From: Rhizophagus irregularis
Taxonomy: Eukaryota
Assembly: GCF_026210795.1 (NCBI RefSeq)
Contig: NC_089433.1
Coordinates: 1,860,001-1,924,000, forward strand
Direction of reading: 5' to 3'
Length of the DNA stretch: 64,000 nucleotides
The notes below the pieces were generated by a model that was not told where the DNA came from, did not search any database, and saw only the letters and a program-made list of their open reading frames with translations. Positions 13,733 through 26,003 of the stretch are shown here, one piece after another (position 1 is the stretch's first letter; every line of letters begins with the position of its first letter). A program made the position numbers and the translations under genes.

Positions 13733-13990
13733 TGGACGCGCTATTCGTTATTTTGTTAGCATAGTTGCTTCTACTTTGGTTGGAATATATCAAGGGGGAA
13801 GATCTGGGGAAATTTAGTGTAATGCGATTTTTCTTTTTTTTAGATTAATTTTTTTACTTTATTTTTTCTTAGGAGACTATATAGCTTTGTTTTTAGTTAG
13901 TTTTATTTTTATATTTTCTTTTTATTTTTTTGTAAATTGTAAAGTTCGAATAAATTTAATAAAGATAAAGGCTACTATGCCACGTTTGCC
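10922..13990 (+). mobile_element. LINE copy 2, 5'-truncated (~3.07 kb)
   Basis: Starts inside ORF2 directly after TGGTTTTTGACTAGT (10907-10921) and ends before the same 15-mer (13991-14005). Confidence 0.95.
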
Positions 13991-14005
13991 TGGTTTTTGA
14001 CTAGT

Positions 14006-17000
14006 TGACAATGTTACGTTTCGCTTTAGAACGAATACGTCTTCCAGCTTCTGCTATTAAGTTTATTCTTTCCCTTTTCACAAAACGCATTAATAGCGTT
14101 TTCACTGCTCATGGATCCACGCCTGCTTATAGGGTTCGCATTGGTATTGACCAAGGCGAAGTTATTTCTCCTCTCTTATGGGTTATTTATATTGATCCCT
14201 TACTTACTGTCTTGAAGCATGAAATGATGGACCCTTATGTTTTTTCTACACCATCCTTAATTGATTCTCCCAATCCTTCTTCCGATTTGAAGATTAATAA
14301 TTTAGTATTTATGGATGACTCTACTCTTATTTCCTCGTCGAAGACTGGCATGGAATTTATGTCATCCATTACAGAAGAATTCTATCAAATTAATAACACT
14401 TCTGCCAATCATAACAAATATGTGTTAATTACTAATTCGTTGCCTTTGACTTCGAATTCCACTTTATCTCCTATTACTTTTAATTTAGATTTATCCTCAT
14501 TAAATAGTGTTCCTTCCATTACCATTACCCCAATTTCTATGACAACTTCTTTTCGTTTTTTAGGTGTTTGGTTTAACATTAAAAGCTCCCGGGAATTTGT
14601 CAAGAAACAACTCAAACGTGAATGCTGCTCCTTCGCTGCAACCATTCGCCCTGCAAAGCTCTCATCCAAACAAGTTGTTTATTTACATAATGCTGTCCTT
14701 ATACCGAAACTTGAATACCGGATGCAAGTTACTCACTTGTCTGAATCTGACTGCCACCTAATAACGAGAAGTATACGATCTGTTGTAAAGCATAAAGCAA
14801 ATTTTTCTCGCTCTTTACCAAATCCCATTTTATTTTTATCTCAAGCCTTGGGCTTGATAAATTTATTTGCTCATCAACGACAATGTCATATTACTAATTT
14901 ATTTTTAATGGCTAATTCTTCCTTTTCTTTTATTCAATCTCTTTTTATTTATAGATTGAGTTTGATTCAATATAATTTTTTAATTCCTATTTCTCCCCTT
15001 TTAATTAAGGATTGGTCTATATGGTCTTCTCTTTTTTCTTTTAAGAAAGATTATATCGCATGCACTATTGCTCTCTTATCCTCTACTCCTTTTCGTTTGC
15101 TTCATACTCAACTTTCGAAGCTTCCGAACCTGACTTTGATGGATGGACGCGTTCCCTTATTTGAATGCATGACACCTAAAGCGTTTAAAGCCTATTTCCC
15201 TATTTTGCGAAAACGGCATTTGTTTTATCTATCTCAGCTTGTTACTCCCCAAGGGACTCATTTAATTTCTTGGAAAGTTTACTATGACAATTTGGTTGGA
15301 CGACGTGGCCCTGGCTGTATCCCTTATTGGTATAAAGATATCCAGCAAGCTACTACCATTCCTGACACCAACAATCGTTTGCTGACCAAGTTCATTACTA
15401 CGCCTATGATTGACTCTTCATTCTATGAATTGACTCCTTGCCTGTCCTCTCCTACCACTACGAAAAATTGGATTGTCACGTTAGACGACTACGGTTCTCC
15501 CATCTTTGGCAAACAACTTTTAGTTCAAGCAAGTCGTGGTACTTGTTCTATTGTTCACTGGGTCTCTCCTGATTGTGAATCTTCGCCTGGTGATCTCATT
15601 AGACTCTCTCCTTGCCCTGGTTGTGCTGCTCATACTCCTTTGCCTCCTTCCAAAAAACGGAATGCTGATTTAACCCTTTGTACGCCTACGGTTTCTCTAC
15701 AACATTCGCTTATTCTGCCTACCATCAATGAGCGCATTAGACGTAATACTTCTGCAGTATCCTCTCCTTTTACCTGGGCTGATATAGAAGATGGTGTCCG
15801 TCTTTATTACAGTCGATTGGATTTTGATTTTGACTCTCCTCCTGACGATATTGTTGAAGTTTCCGCTCCTTTTATCACTATTGAATCCTCAGCTGCTGCT
15901 GTTTTTGCAAATTCGCCGTTGGTTGTGTCTTCAGACTCACGTTATATCTTTTTTACTGATGGGTCTCTTATTAATCTAGGCACTCCTAATGTTTCTATGG
16001 GCTGGTCTTGGATGCAAATCGTACCTGATGCTGGTTTTCCTAATTCCATTGCTACTTATGCACATGGCATCATTCGAGATAATCCTTCTTCTTCTCGTGC
16101 TGAAGTTGCCGCTATTTACGCAGTTTTAACCATTTCTCCTCGCGACTCAGAAGTTACTATTTATACTGACTCGCAAACTGCCATTGATGGCCTTCGAAGT
16201 TGCTCTTCCTATGTTTACTCAAATAGCCGTCTTTACTACAAAACAACAAATTTTGAGCTTTGGGCCATCATTGAACGAACTATCCTTACCAAGAATTTGA
16301 CAGTTCTTCCTGTTAAAGTTAAAGCTCATTCTGGCAATTATTTGAACGATTTTGCTGACTCCCTGGCCAATACTGCCCATACCGCATCATCCAGTATTTT
16401 GATTTCTGGAATGGACCTTGCTTCTGCCCATGATTTCGTCTTGACTTACGACAATGACGCCGTTTGTGAAACTAATCCACGACACCTTCTTAAACAGTAT
16501 TATCAAACGCAGTTAATGCGTGATTTGTTAAATTTAACGCGATTTCACTTTATTTCTTTATTATTATCTAATATAGAATATATTGTCGACTGGGAACTAA
16601 CTTGGTTTACCTTGAATTTCAAGCCTTCTCATGATGCATCTTTTACTCTTGAGCATGCTTCAAGACACTTAACCTTTAAATTCAAACTTTTCTTGGACGA
16701 CTTACCCACGTTGGAAAAGCTTAAGCGGACTCGACCAGACTTATACATGGACGAATTAACTTGCCGTTCTTGTATCGATCGCATGGAAGACCTGATGCAC
16801 CTTTTTATGTGCAAAAAACGTCGTCTACCTATGCAACAAATTCTCCAATCTTATCAAAATCATTTGATTTCTAAAATTCAAGAAGCTGGAAAATTGGCTA
16901 ATATTGATCCTACTCCCTTTATTGCTAAACTCACTTCTCTTTCATGCTGGTCCTTTTCTTCTACAAATTGGTCCTCTTACGCCCTTGTCTGTGGTTGTTT

Positions 17001-17397
17001 ACCTACACTTTTTATTGACATCTTAGTCGATTTGTCTATTCCAAGAATCTCTGCGATTAAGGTTATCGCTGCTATTCATAATAATTTTGTCCAAAAATTC
17101 AGAAAACGAATTTGGAATCCGCGTTCTTATGAGAAAAGTAGATGGGAAAACGCGATGAATATTACTTATAAGTTGAAAACTACTCCGAAGCCTTCTAATT
17201 TGCCATTGTCAACGTACATACCTTACTCATCTTTACCTCCTCCGACCCTACATGATTCACGTGACTCCGGAACCGATTGGTTGAAGAACTCGATGAAATA
17301 TGGTTTGCCTTGGTTTAATCACTTTTCGGGTTTTATGGGTCGTCTAACGGTGCTACTTAATAACAGCTTTTGCAGGATGGAGTGTCGATTTCTATAG
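14006..17397 (+). pseudogene. LINE copy 3 ORF2 (partial RT, RNase H, zinc finger), open but 5'-truncated
   Basis: 1130-aa uninterrupted ORF with GIDQGEVISPLL, VFMDDS, FTDGS and CRSC..HLFMC. Confidence 0.9.
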
Positions 17398-17653
17398 TGG
17401 GCGCGCTATTCGTTATTTTGTTAGCATAGTTGCTTCTACTTTGGTTGGAATATATCAAGGGGGAAGATCTGGGGAAATTTAGTGTAATGCGATTTTTCTT
17501 TTTTTAGATTAATTTTTTACTTTATTTTTTCTTAGGAGACTATATAGCTTTGTTTTTAGTTAGTTTTATTTTTATATTTTCTTTTTATTTTTTTGTAAAT
17601 TGTAAAGTTCGAATAAATTTAATAAAGATAAAGGCTACTATGCCACGTTTGCC
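14006..17653 (+). mobile_element. LINE copy 3, 5'-truncated (~3.65 kb)
   Basis: Begins within RT. Flanked by TGGTTTTTGACTAGT at 13991 and 17654. Confidence 0.95.
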
Positions 17654-17785
17654 TGGTTTTTGACTAGTGAATTTTTCAAAAACGAAATTTTCGACAAAAA
17701 TAATTTTTTTATTATTTTTAAAAAATAATACAAGCTACTAATAAAATTTTATATTTTATATATTCCCAACTCAAAGCCCTCTACT

Positions 17786-19910
17786 ATGTCTGGTAACTAT
17801 GCCAAGAGAGGCTGTGGAAGTCATAACCCTAACAGTAGGAAAGCTTCCCGTCAAGAACGAAAAAATAATAATAACTCCGATAATTCAAGCTCCGATGGTG
17901 AAAACACTATTCAGCTGAAACGTAATCGTACGATTACCGAAAATTCTATGGAAGAAGACTACGTTGCCGATGCCCAGACGGCTGACGTTGGAGTAGATGG
18001 ACCTTCCTCTTCTCCTCAACAAAATATCTCTGGCGAAAATACTTTGACCTCCTCCCCGAACAAATCTGCTGCGCCAACTGCGCTCAGTCACGTCGCGTCT
18101 TCTGGAAATGTGGACGCGTCCATGCATGCACCTTCGAACAAAGACTTACAACAACCCTCTAACGCATCGCCTAATTTGGATACCAATGGTGCTCCAGATG
18201 GCGATCATACTCCAGATCCAGTGGTGACTCTCGCCATAACCAGAGATGATTTTCAGGCTGCGGCTGCGCCGAATGCTGCCCCTGAATTTCTCAAGAAGTT
18301 CCCTACCAATAAAGCCCTTATTGAGGCTGTGAATAACCTTTTTTTAGAAACATACGAGTCATTCACTGGAAAAGCTCGTATGACTGGTTCTGGTGAGGCT
18401 AAACGCCTCGTTATCCACTTCCATACCGCTGAAGCACGCGACTTGTGCGTTGGTTCCACTCATCCCGAGTTCCCTGACTTGATCTTCCACGCTCATGACC
18501 CTCGCCAACTCTGATCCAATGAAGATCTCCGGGCTATCCAAGTTACCGATATCCCTTTTTTTTATCAAAAAGGATAACCTCATGGCCTATTTCAAAAAAT
18601 TTGGTAACATTACCTCTTGCCGCCTCTTCTCCAGGCCTAATGCCAAAGTCCAGCAAGCCCGTATTGTTTATGATCACGCCGATTCAATTGCTCGTTTTAC
18701 CGATCAATTGGCTGTATACTGTTTCTCCACCTGTCTTAGAATTACTCCATGTTTCTATACTGTGGATCAAAAGGCTGTGCGCCGTCAATACGTTGCCACC
18801 CTCACTCAACTTCCTCCCAATGTTAAGGATATCAACTTGGCTCCTCTCACACGTGACCTTGGCGCAAAGGCTGTCAATGTCCCGCTCTCTTTAAATTCCT
18901 ACAAACCCAAAAGATGGGCCTATGTCACCTTCAACTCCCAAGAGACCATGGATGCTGCTATGGAACAGACTGTTAGCTTCCAAGGCAAAGTGCTTTTCTG
19001 GTCCTCCCCCGATAATACTAATAAACTTTGTCACAGGTGTGGCAAATTAGGTTGTGCTCCCAATTTTTGCCCGCTCAAACAAACTAGAGGTAGAAGTCGC
19101 ATTCGCGACCCTGTCGCAAAACTCAAAGAACGATTTAACGTTAATCAGCCTCGTCGTTCCAATTCTAATACTGTCAATGCCCGTTCTCGCTCTCGATCTC
19201 GTTCCAAATCCAAAGATCGATCTGCTTCTAATTCTGGACGTGCCAATAACATTTCCCACGACCGCACTAATAATGATAATAATCATAACAAACCCCCTCC
19301 TAATACCTCCCAACGTGCCCGTCATAATAGCAAAGAACGATCGGTCTCCTTTTCTTCCTCCTCTCGTTCTACAGCACGTCCCTTACCCCGACAAACTCCT
19401 AACTCTGCACTATCTCCTGATGATGCTAATAACATTTTAAACCTTTTGCGAGAATTACAATGTGAAGTTGCTAACTTTCACAAACGCATCTCCGCTTTTG
19501 AACTTGCTGACCAACGGATGACTCGTATTGAATCATACCTTGGCCTCGATCCACTCCCTCTGCTTAATGAACCTGAACCGGACCTCATGCAAGAAGATGC
19601 CCCTATATCTCACGTTCCGCTTAATATCCAATCTTCCGCTAAATCTCCATTGGCTCCTAAAAGCATTTTAGCGCGACCCTCGCCTACCTTCACTATTATT
19701 TCCGACACTTCTCTTCCTTCTTCTCATCTTTCTCCAAATGCTCCTCCTTTTACCTCTATCTCCTCCACGCAAGAAGAAATTAATGATCTCAAAAATAGTA
19801 GAGTTGCCATTGAAAGCAAATTAGACCAACTTACTGGTCATATCAAACAATTCATTGGCTCCCTTGGTGGTGCTCCCCCAGAACAAGCTGATTCAGCTTC
19901 TTCTGTTTAA
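17786..19910 (+). pseudogene. LINE copy 4 ORF1 (~707 aa; RRM-like domains, zinc knuckle, RS-rich tract, coiled coil), one stop and one frameshift
   Basis: ORFs 17786-18514 and 18495-19910. Motifs MAYFKKFGNITSCRL, WAYVTFNSQETMDAAM, CHRCGKLGCAPNFC, RSRSRSRSKS. Confidence 0.9.
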
Positions 19911-19959
19911 TTTTCTTCTTAAACTTTTACTCCCCGACTGTTTTTATCATTGTGTTTTA

Positions 19960-22900
19960 ATGTCGGACAACAATTTTAAATATGATACCTTTGCACGAAA
20001 CCCTCCCAACCCTGATAATGTTACTGAAATTTCTTTACATGAATCGTTATTTTCTTCCTCCAGTAACACTTCCCCTATCCCCAATTCATTCAATATTTCT
20101 TCTTTTAATGTTAATGGCCTTAAAATGTATGGTCAGACTAAATTAGAAGAAATTTCTTCTTTCTTTTTGTTAAAACATATTTCCTTTGGTGGTATTGTTG
20201 ATACCCATCTTCACCCTAAACAAATGAAGTTCTTATCCAAACGTCTTTCTAATTATACTGTGTTCTCTTCCGATTTGGATAATTCTAAACAAATTCTTTC
20301 TTCTGGTGGTGTTTCTCTTTTTATAGAAAATTCTCTGGCCTCACATGTTCAGGATTTTAAATCCCATTCTTCACGATTACTCTCTGTTGATTTATATTTC
20401 AAAGGCAATGTTAAATTGCGTATATTTGTTATTTATATTCCTCCCCCTGCTGAAAGTGTTTTGCGCACTGATACTATTGATTTGCTTATTCAACAACTTA
20501 TCCTTACTAAACAAGCTGGTTTCTACCATGCTGTTTGTGGCGATTTTAATATGCATTTAGATAAATATTACTCTGTTTATTTTAATCAGCCCCAAATTGC
20601 TTCAAAACACATTCACTGATTATTCTTTCATCTCCTTTCTCATGGATATGAAGACTATACTCCTGTTAATCTTTCCGATTCTTTAGGCACCTTCCATCGC
20701 AATGATCAAATTACTCGCGTTGATTATATATGGTCCTGTCCTCTTTTTAAAAGATTTGCCCTTACTGCTTGCATTTTTGATGCTCAAGACATCTGCACAT
20801 CTGACCATAACCCTGTCATCACATACTATGATATGTCTTTACTTTTTGCCTCTACTAAATTGGCTCGCGCTCGTCAACTCAAGCGCCAAACCCGTCGCGT
20901 CTTCAAATTTGATACTGTAATTGATATTCAATGGACAGAATTCGCTGACAAAGCTGATGCTTTATGTAATGTCTTACCTGCAACCTTTTCCTCCTGGCAT
21001 ATCAATCAAATGTGCGAATATCTTTAATCACGCATCCTTAAAGCCGCCAACGTTACTTTACCTTCTTCTACTGTTGGCAACAATTATACTCCTAAGGTTC
21101 CTAAAGATCTGGAAATCTTAACTCAACATTATCGGTTTTTAAATCGCCTAATGCATTCGATACGTTTATTGCGCAAATATCCTTCATCTTATTCTGTTGC
21201 TCATGAACATAAGTGGTCTATTCATTTAATTAGACTTCAAAACATTTTGCAATTATATAAGAAAGTATTTACTTTCGTTCCTACTTTGCCCTCTTCTCTT
21301 TCATCATGTCGACAAGATAATTTCAAGTCACTTCTTGATGATTTATCCAATATTTCAAAATCCTTACGGGGATTTCATTTGCTTCAAGAGAAAGATTTTC
21401 AAGATTCTTCCATCCGTGCTCACTTGGACGATAGAAATAATAATTTTGAAACGGACCTTTCTTCTTTCATTGAGTCAGCGCTTTCTCGTACCTGCCGCCG
21501 TATCACTTTGGATCGTGTCTTTATTGATCATCCCACTCACCCTCAGTTGTTAACTGATCCTAAGGACATTGATGATGCTGTTGTTAACCATTTCCAAAAC
21601 TTTGTACCTATAAAGTCTACTCCTCCTGTATCTGTAGATACATTACCTGATAGATGGTCTTCTGCCTACCAACCCATGGATGATGTGTCTTCCTCCATCT
21701 ATGATTCTTTAATGAATCCCCCTACCCTTGACGAATGGTTATCCACTATTTCTTCCACTCCTAACGGTAAAGCCTCTGGTCCTTCCATGATTACCTATGA
21801 AATGCTCAAACATCTTGGATCCCGTACCTCGGCTCTGCTCCTCATTTTAATTCAAGCATGCCTTTCCAAAGCTGATATTCCTGATTTATGGCGCCAAGCA
21901 ATGGTTTTTCCCATTCCCAAACCTCACGAATGGAAATGTCAATTGAAAAATACTCGTCCTATTACTTTACTTGAAGTGATTAGAAAATCTCTTGTCAAAC
22001 TTTTTTATAATCGCCTTTCTACTATTATGGCTTTACATGATGTTCTTAAAGGTGGTAACTTCGCTGGTCTTCCTGGTGGTTCTTGCCGAGACCCTATTAT
22101 TACTTTAGAATCTATTATCCATGATGCTGATATCAACAAAAACCCACTTTGGATTCTTTCCCAAGACATCTCTAAAGCTTTTGACTCGGTCGATTTGACG
22201 ATGTTACGTTTTGCTCTAGAACGAATACGCCTTCCAGCTTCTGCTGTTAAGTTTATTCTTTCCCTCTTCACAAAACGCATTAATAGCGTTTTTACTGCTC
22301 ATGGATCCACGCCTGCTTATAGGGTTCGCATTGGTATTGACCAAGGCGAAGTTATTTCTCCTCTTTTATGGGTTATTTATATTGATCCTCTACTAACTGT
22401 TTTGAAGAATGAAATGATGGATCCTTATGTTCTCTCTACACCATCCCTAATTGATTCCCCTAATCCTTCTTCTGATTTGAAGATTAATAATTTAGTTTTT
22501 ATGGATGACTCTACTCTTATTTCCTCGTCAAAAGCTGGCATGGAATTTATGTTATCCATTATAGAAGAATTTTATCAGATTAATAACACTTCTGCTAATC
22601 ATAGCAAATATGTGTTAATTACCAATTCGTTGCCTTTGACTTCGAATTCCACTTTATCTCCTATTACTTTTAAATTGGATTTATCCTCTTTAAATAGTAT
22701 TCCCTCCATTACTATTACCCCAATTTCTATGACAACTTCTTTTCGTTTTTTAGGTGTATGGTTTAACATTAAAAGCTCCCGGGATTTTGTCAAAAAACAA
22801 CTCAAATGCGAATGTTGCTTGTTCGCTGCGACCATCCGCCCTGCAAAGCTCTCTCCCAAACAAGTTGTGTACTTACACAATGCTGTCCTTATACCGAAAC

Positions 22901-25587
22901 TTGAATACCGGATGCAAGTCACCCACTTGTCTGAATCTGACTGCCACCTAATTACGCGAAGTATAAGATCTGTTGTAAAACACAAAGCAAATTTTTCTCG
23001 TTCTTTACCCAATCCTATTTTATTTTTATCTCAAGCCTTAGGCTTGATTAATTTGTTTGCTCATCAACGACAATGTCATATTACTAATTTATTTTTAATG
23101 GCTAATTCTTCTTCTTTTTTTATTCAATCTCTTTTTATTTATAGATTGAGTTTGATACAATATAATTTTTTAATTCCTATTTCTCCTCTTTTAATTAAGG
23201 ACTGGTCTATATGGTCTTCTCTTTTTTCTTTTAAGAAAGATTATATCGCTTGCACTATTGCTCTCTTATCTTCTACTCCTTTTCGTTTGCTTCATACTCA
23301 ACTTTCGAAGCTTTCGAACCTAACTTTGTTGAATGAACGCGTTCCTTTATTTGAATGCATGACACCTAAAGCTTTTAAAGCTTATTTCCCTATTTTGCGA
23401 AAACGTCAATTGTTTTATCTATCTCAGCTTGTCACTCCCCAAGGAACTCATTTAATTTCCTGGAAAGCCTATTATGATAATTTGGTTGGACACCGTGGCC
23501 CTGGCCGTATCCCCTACTGGTATAAAGACATCCAGCAAGCTACCACTATTCCTGACACCAATAATCGTTTGCTGGCTCAGTTTATTGCTTCGCCCGCAAT
23601 TGACTCTTCATTTTATGAATTGGCTCCTTGTATATCCTCTCCTTCCACTACAAAAAATTGGATTGTCACGTTAGATGACTACGGCTCTCCCCTCTTTGGC
23701 AAACAACTTTTGATCCAAGCAAGCCGTGGTACTTGTTCTATTGTCCATTGGATTTCTCCTGATTGTGAATCTTCACCTGGTGATCTCATTAGACTTTCTC
23801 CTTACCCTGGTTGCGCTGCTCATACTCCTTTGCCTCCTTCCAAAAAACGGAATGCTGATTTAACCCTTTGCACGCCTACGGTTTCTCTACAACATTCGCT
23901 TATTTTGCCCACCACCAATGAGCGAATTAGACGTAACACTTCTGAAGTGACTTCTTCTTTTACTTGGGCTGATATAGAAGATGGTGTCCGTCTTTATTAT
24001 AGTCGATTGGATTTTGATTTTGACTCTCCTTCTGAAGATATTGTTGAAGCTTTTACTCCTCCTATCACTATTGAATCCTCAGCTGCTGCTGTTTTTGCAA
24101 ATTCCCCGTTAGTTGTGTCCTCGGACTCACGTTATATCTTTTTCACTGATGGGTCCCTTATTAATCTAGGCACTCCTGATGTTTCTATGGGCTGGTCCTG
24201 GATGCAAATTGTTCCAGATGCTGGTTTTCCCAACTCCATTGCCACTTATGCTCATGGCCTTATTCGAGATAATCCTTCTTCTTCTCGAGCTGAAGCTGCC
24301 GCTATCTACGCAGTTTTAACCATTTCCCCTCGTGACTCAGAAGTTACTATTTATACTGACTCGCAAACTGCCATTGATGGCCTTCGAAGTTGCTCTTCCT
24401 CTGTCTACTTGAACAGTTGTTTGTACTATAAAACTTCTAATTTCGAGCTTTGGGCTATTATTGAACGAACCATCCTTTCCAAGAATTTGACAGTTTTTCC
24501 TATCAAAGTTAAAGCTCACTCTGGCAACTATTTAAATGATTTCGCTGATTTCTTGGCCAACACTGCTCATACCGCACCATCCAGTATTTTGATTTCTGGA
24601 ATGGACCTAGCCTCTGCCCATGATTTTGTTTTAACTTATGACAATGATATAGTTTGTGAATCTAATCCCCGACACCTCCTCAAACAATATTATCAAACGC
24701 AGTTAATGCGCGATGTGTTAAATTTAACGCGATTCCATTTTATTTCTCTATTAACATCTAATATAGATTATATTGTCGATTGGGAACTTACTTGGTTTAC
24801 TTTGAATTTCAAGCCTTCTCATGATGCATCCTTTACTTTAGAGCATGCTTCAAGACACCTAACCTTTAAATTTAAACTTTTCTTGGATGATTTACCCACA
24901 TTGGAAAAGCTTAAGCGGACTCGGCCAGACTTATACATGGACGAATTAACTTGCCGTTCTTGTATCGACCGCATGGAAGACCTAATGCACCTTTTTATGT
25001 GTAAAAGACGTCGTTTACCTATGCAACAAATTCTCCAATCTTATCAAAACCATTTGATTTCTAAAATTCAAGAAGCTGGAAAATTGGCTGATATTGATCC
25101 TACTCCATTTATAGCTAAACTCACTTCTCTTTCATGCTGGTCCTTTTCTTCTACAAATTGGTCCTCTTACGCCCTAGTCCGTGGTTGTTTACCTAAACTT
25201 TTTATTGACTTATTTGTCGATTTATCTATTCCAAGAATCTCTGCGATTAAGGTTATCGCTGCTATTCATAACAATTTTGTTCAAAAATTCAGAAAACGAA
25301 TTTGGAATCCGCGTTCTTATGAGAAAAGTAGATGGGAAAACGCGATGAATATTACCTATAAATTGAAAACTACTCCGAAGCCGTCTAATTTGCCATTGTC
25401 GATGTACATACCTTACTCATCTTTACCACCTCTGACCCTACACGATTCATGTGACTCCGGAACCGATTGGTTAAAAAACTCGATGAAATTTGGTTTGCCT
25501 TGGTTTAATCACTTTTCGGGTTTTATGGGTCGTCTAACGGTGCTACTTAATAACAGCTTTTGCAGGATGGAGTGTCGATTTTTATAG
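19960..25587 (+). pseudogene. LINE copy 4 ORF2 (1875 codons; APE-RT-RNase H-zinc finger), two in-frame stops
   Basis: Single frame from ATG 19960 to stop 25587, with TGA at 20617 and TAA at 21025. All catalytic motifs are recognisable. Confidence 0.93.
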
Positions 25588-26003
25588 TGGGCGCGCTGTT
25601 CGTTATTTTGTTAGCATAGTTGCTTCTACTTTGATTGGAATATATCAAGGGGGAAGATCTGGGGAAATTTAGTGTAATGCGATTTTTCTTTTTTAGATTA
25701 ATTTTTTTACTTTATTTTTTCTTAGGAGACTATATAGCTTTGTTTTTAGTTAGTTTTATTTTTATATTTTTCTTTTTATTTTTTGTAAATTGTAATGTTC
25801 GAATAAATTTAATAAAGATAAAGGCTACTATGCCATGTTTGCCTGGTTTTTAACTAGCAGTGGTTTTTGATTAGTAACTCTCTCCTGAATTTTTCAAAAA
25901 CGAAAATTTCTGACGAAAATAATTTTTTATTATTTTTAAAAAATAATACAAGCTACTAATAAAATTTTATATTTTATATATTCCCAACTCAAAGCCCTCT
26001 ACT

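Larger units (their letters stand above)
17669..25843 (+). mobile_element. LINE copy 4, near full length (~8.18 kb)
   Basis: 5' UTR, ORF1, ~50-bp spacer, ORF2, ~255-bp 3' UTR. Target motif on both sides. Confidence 0.95.
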
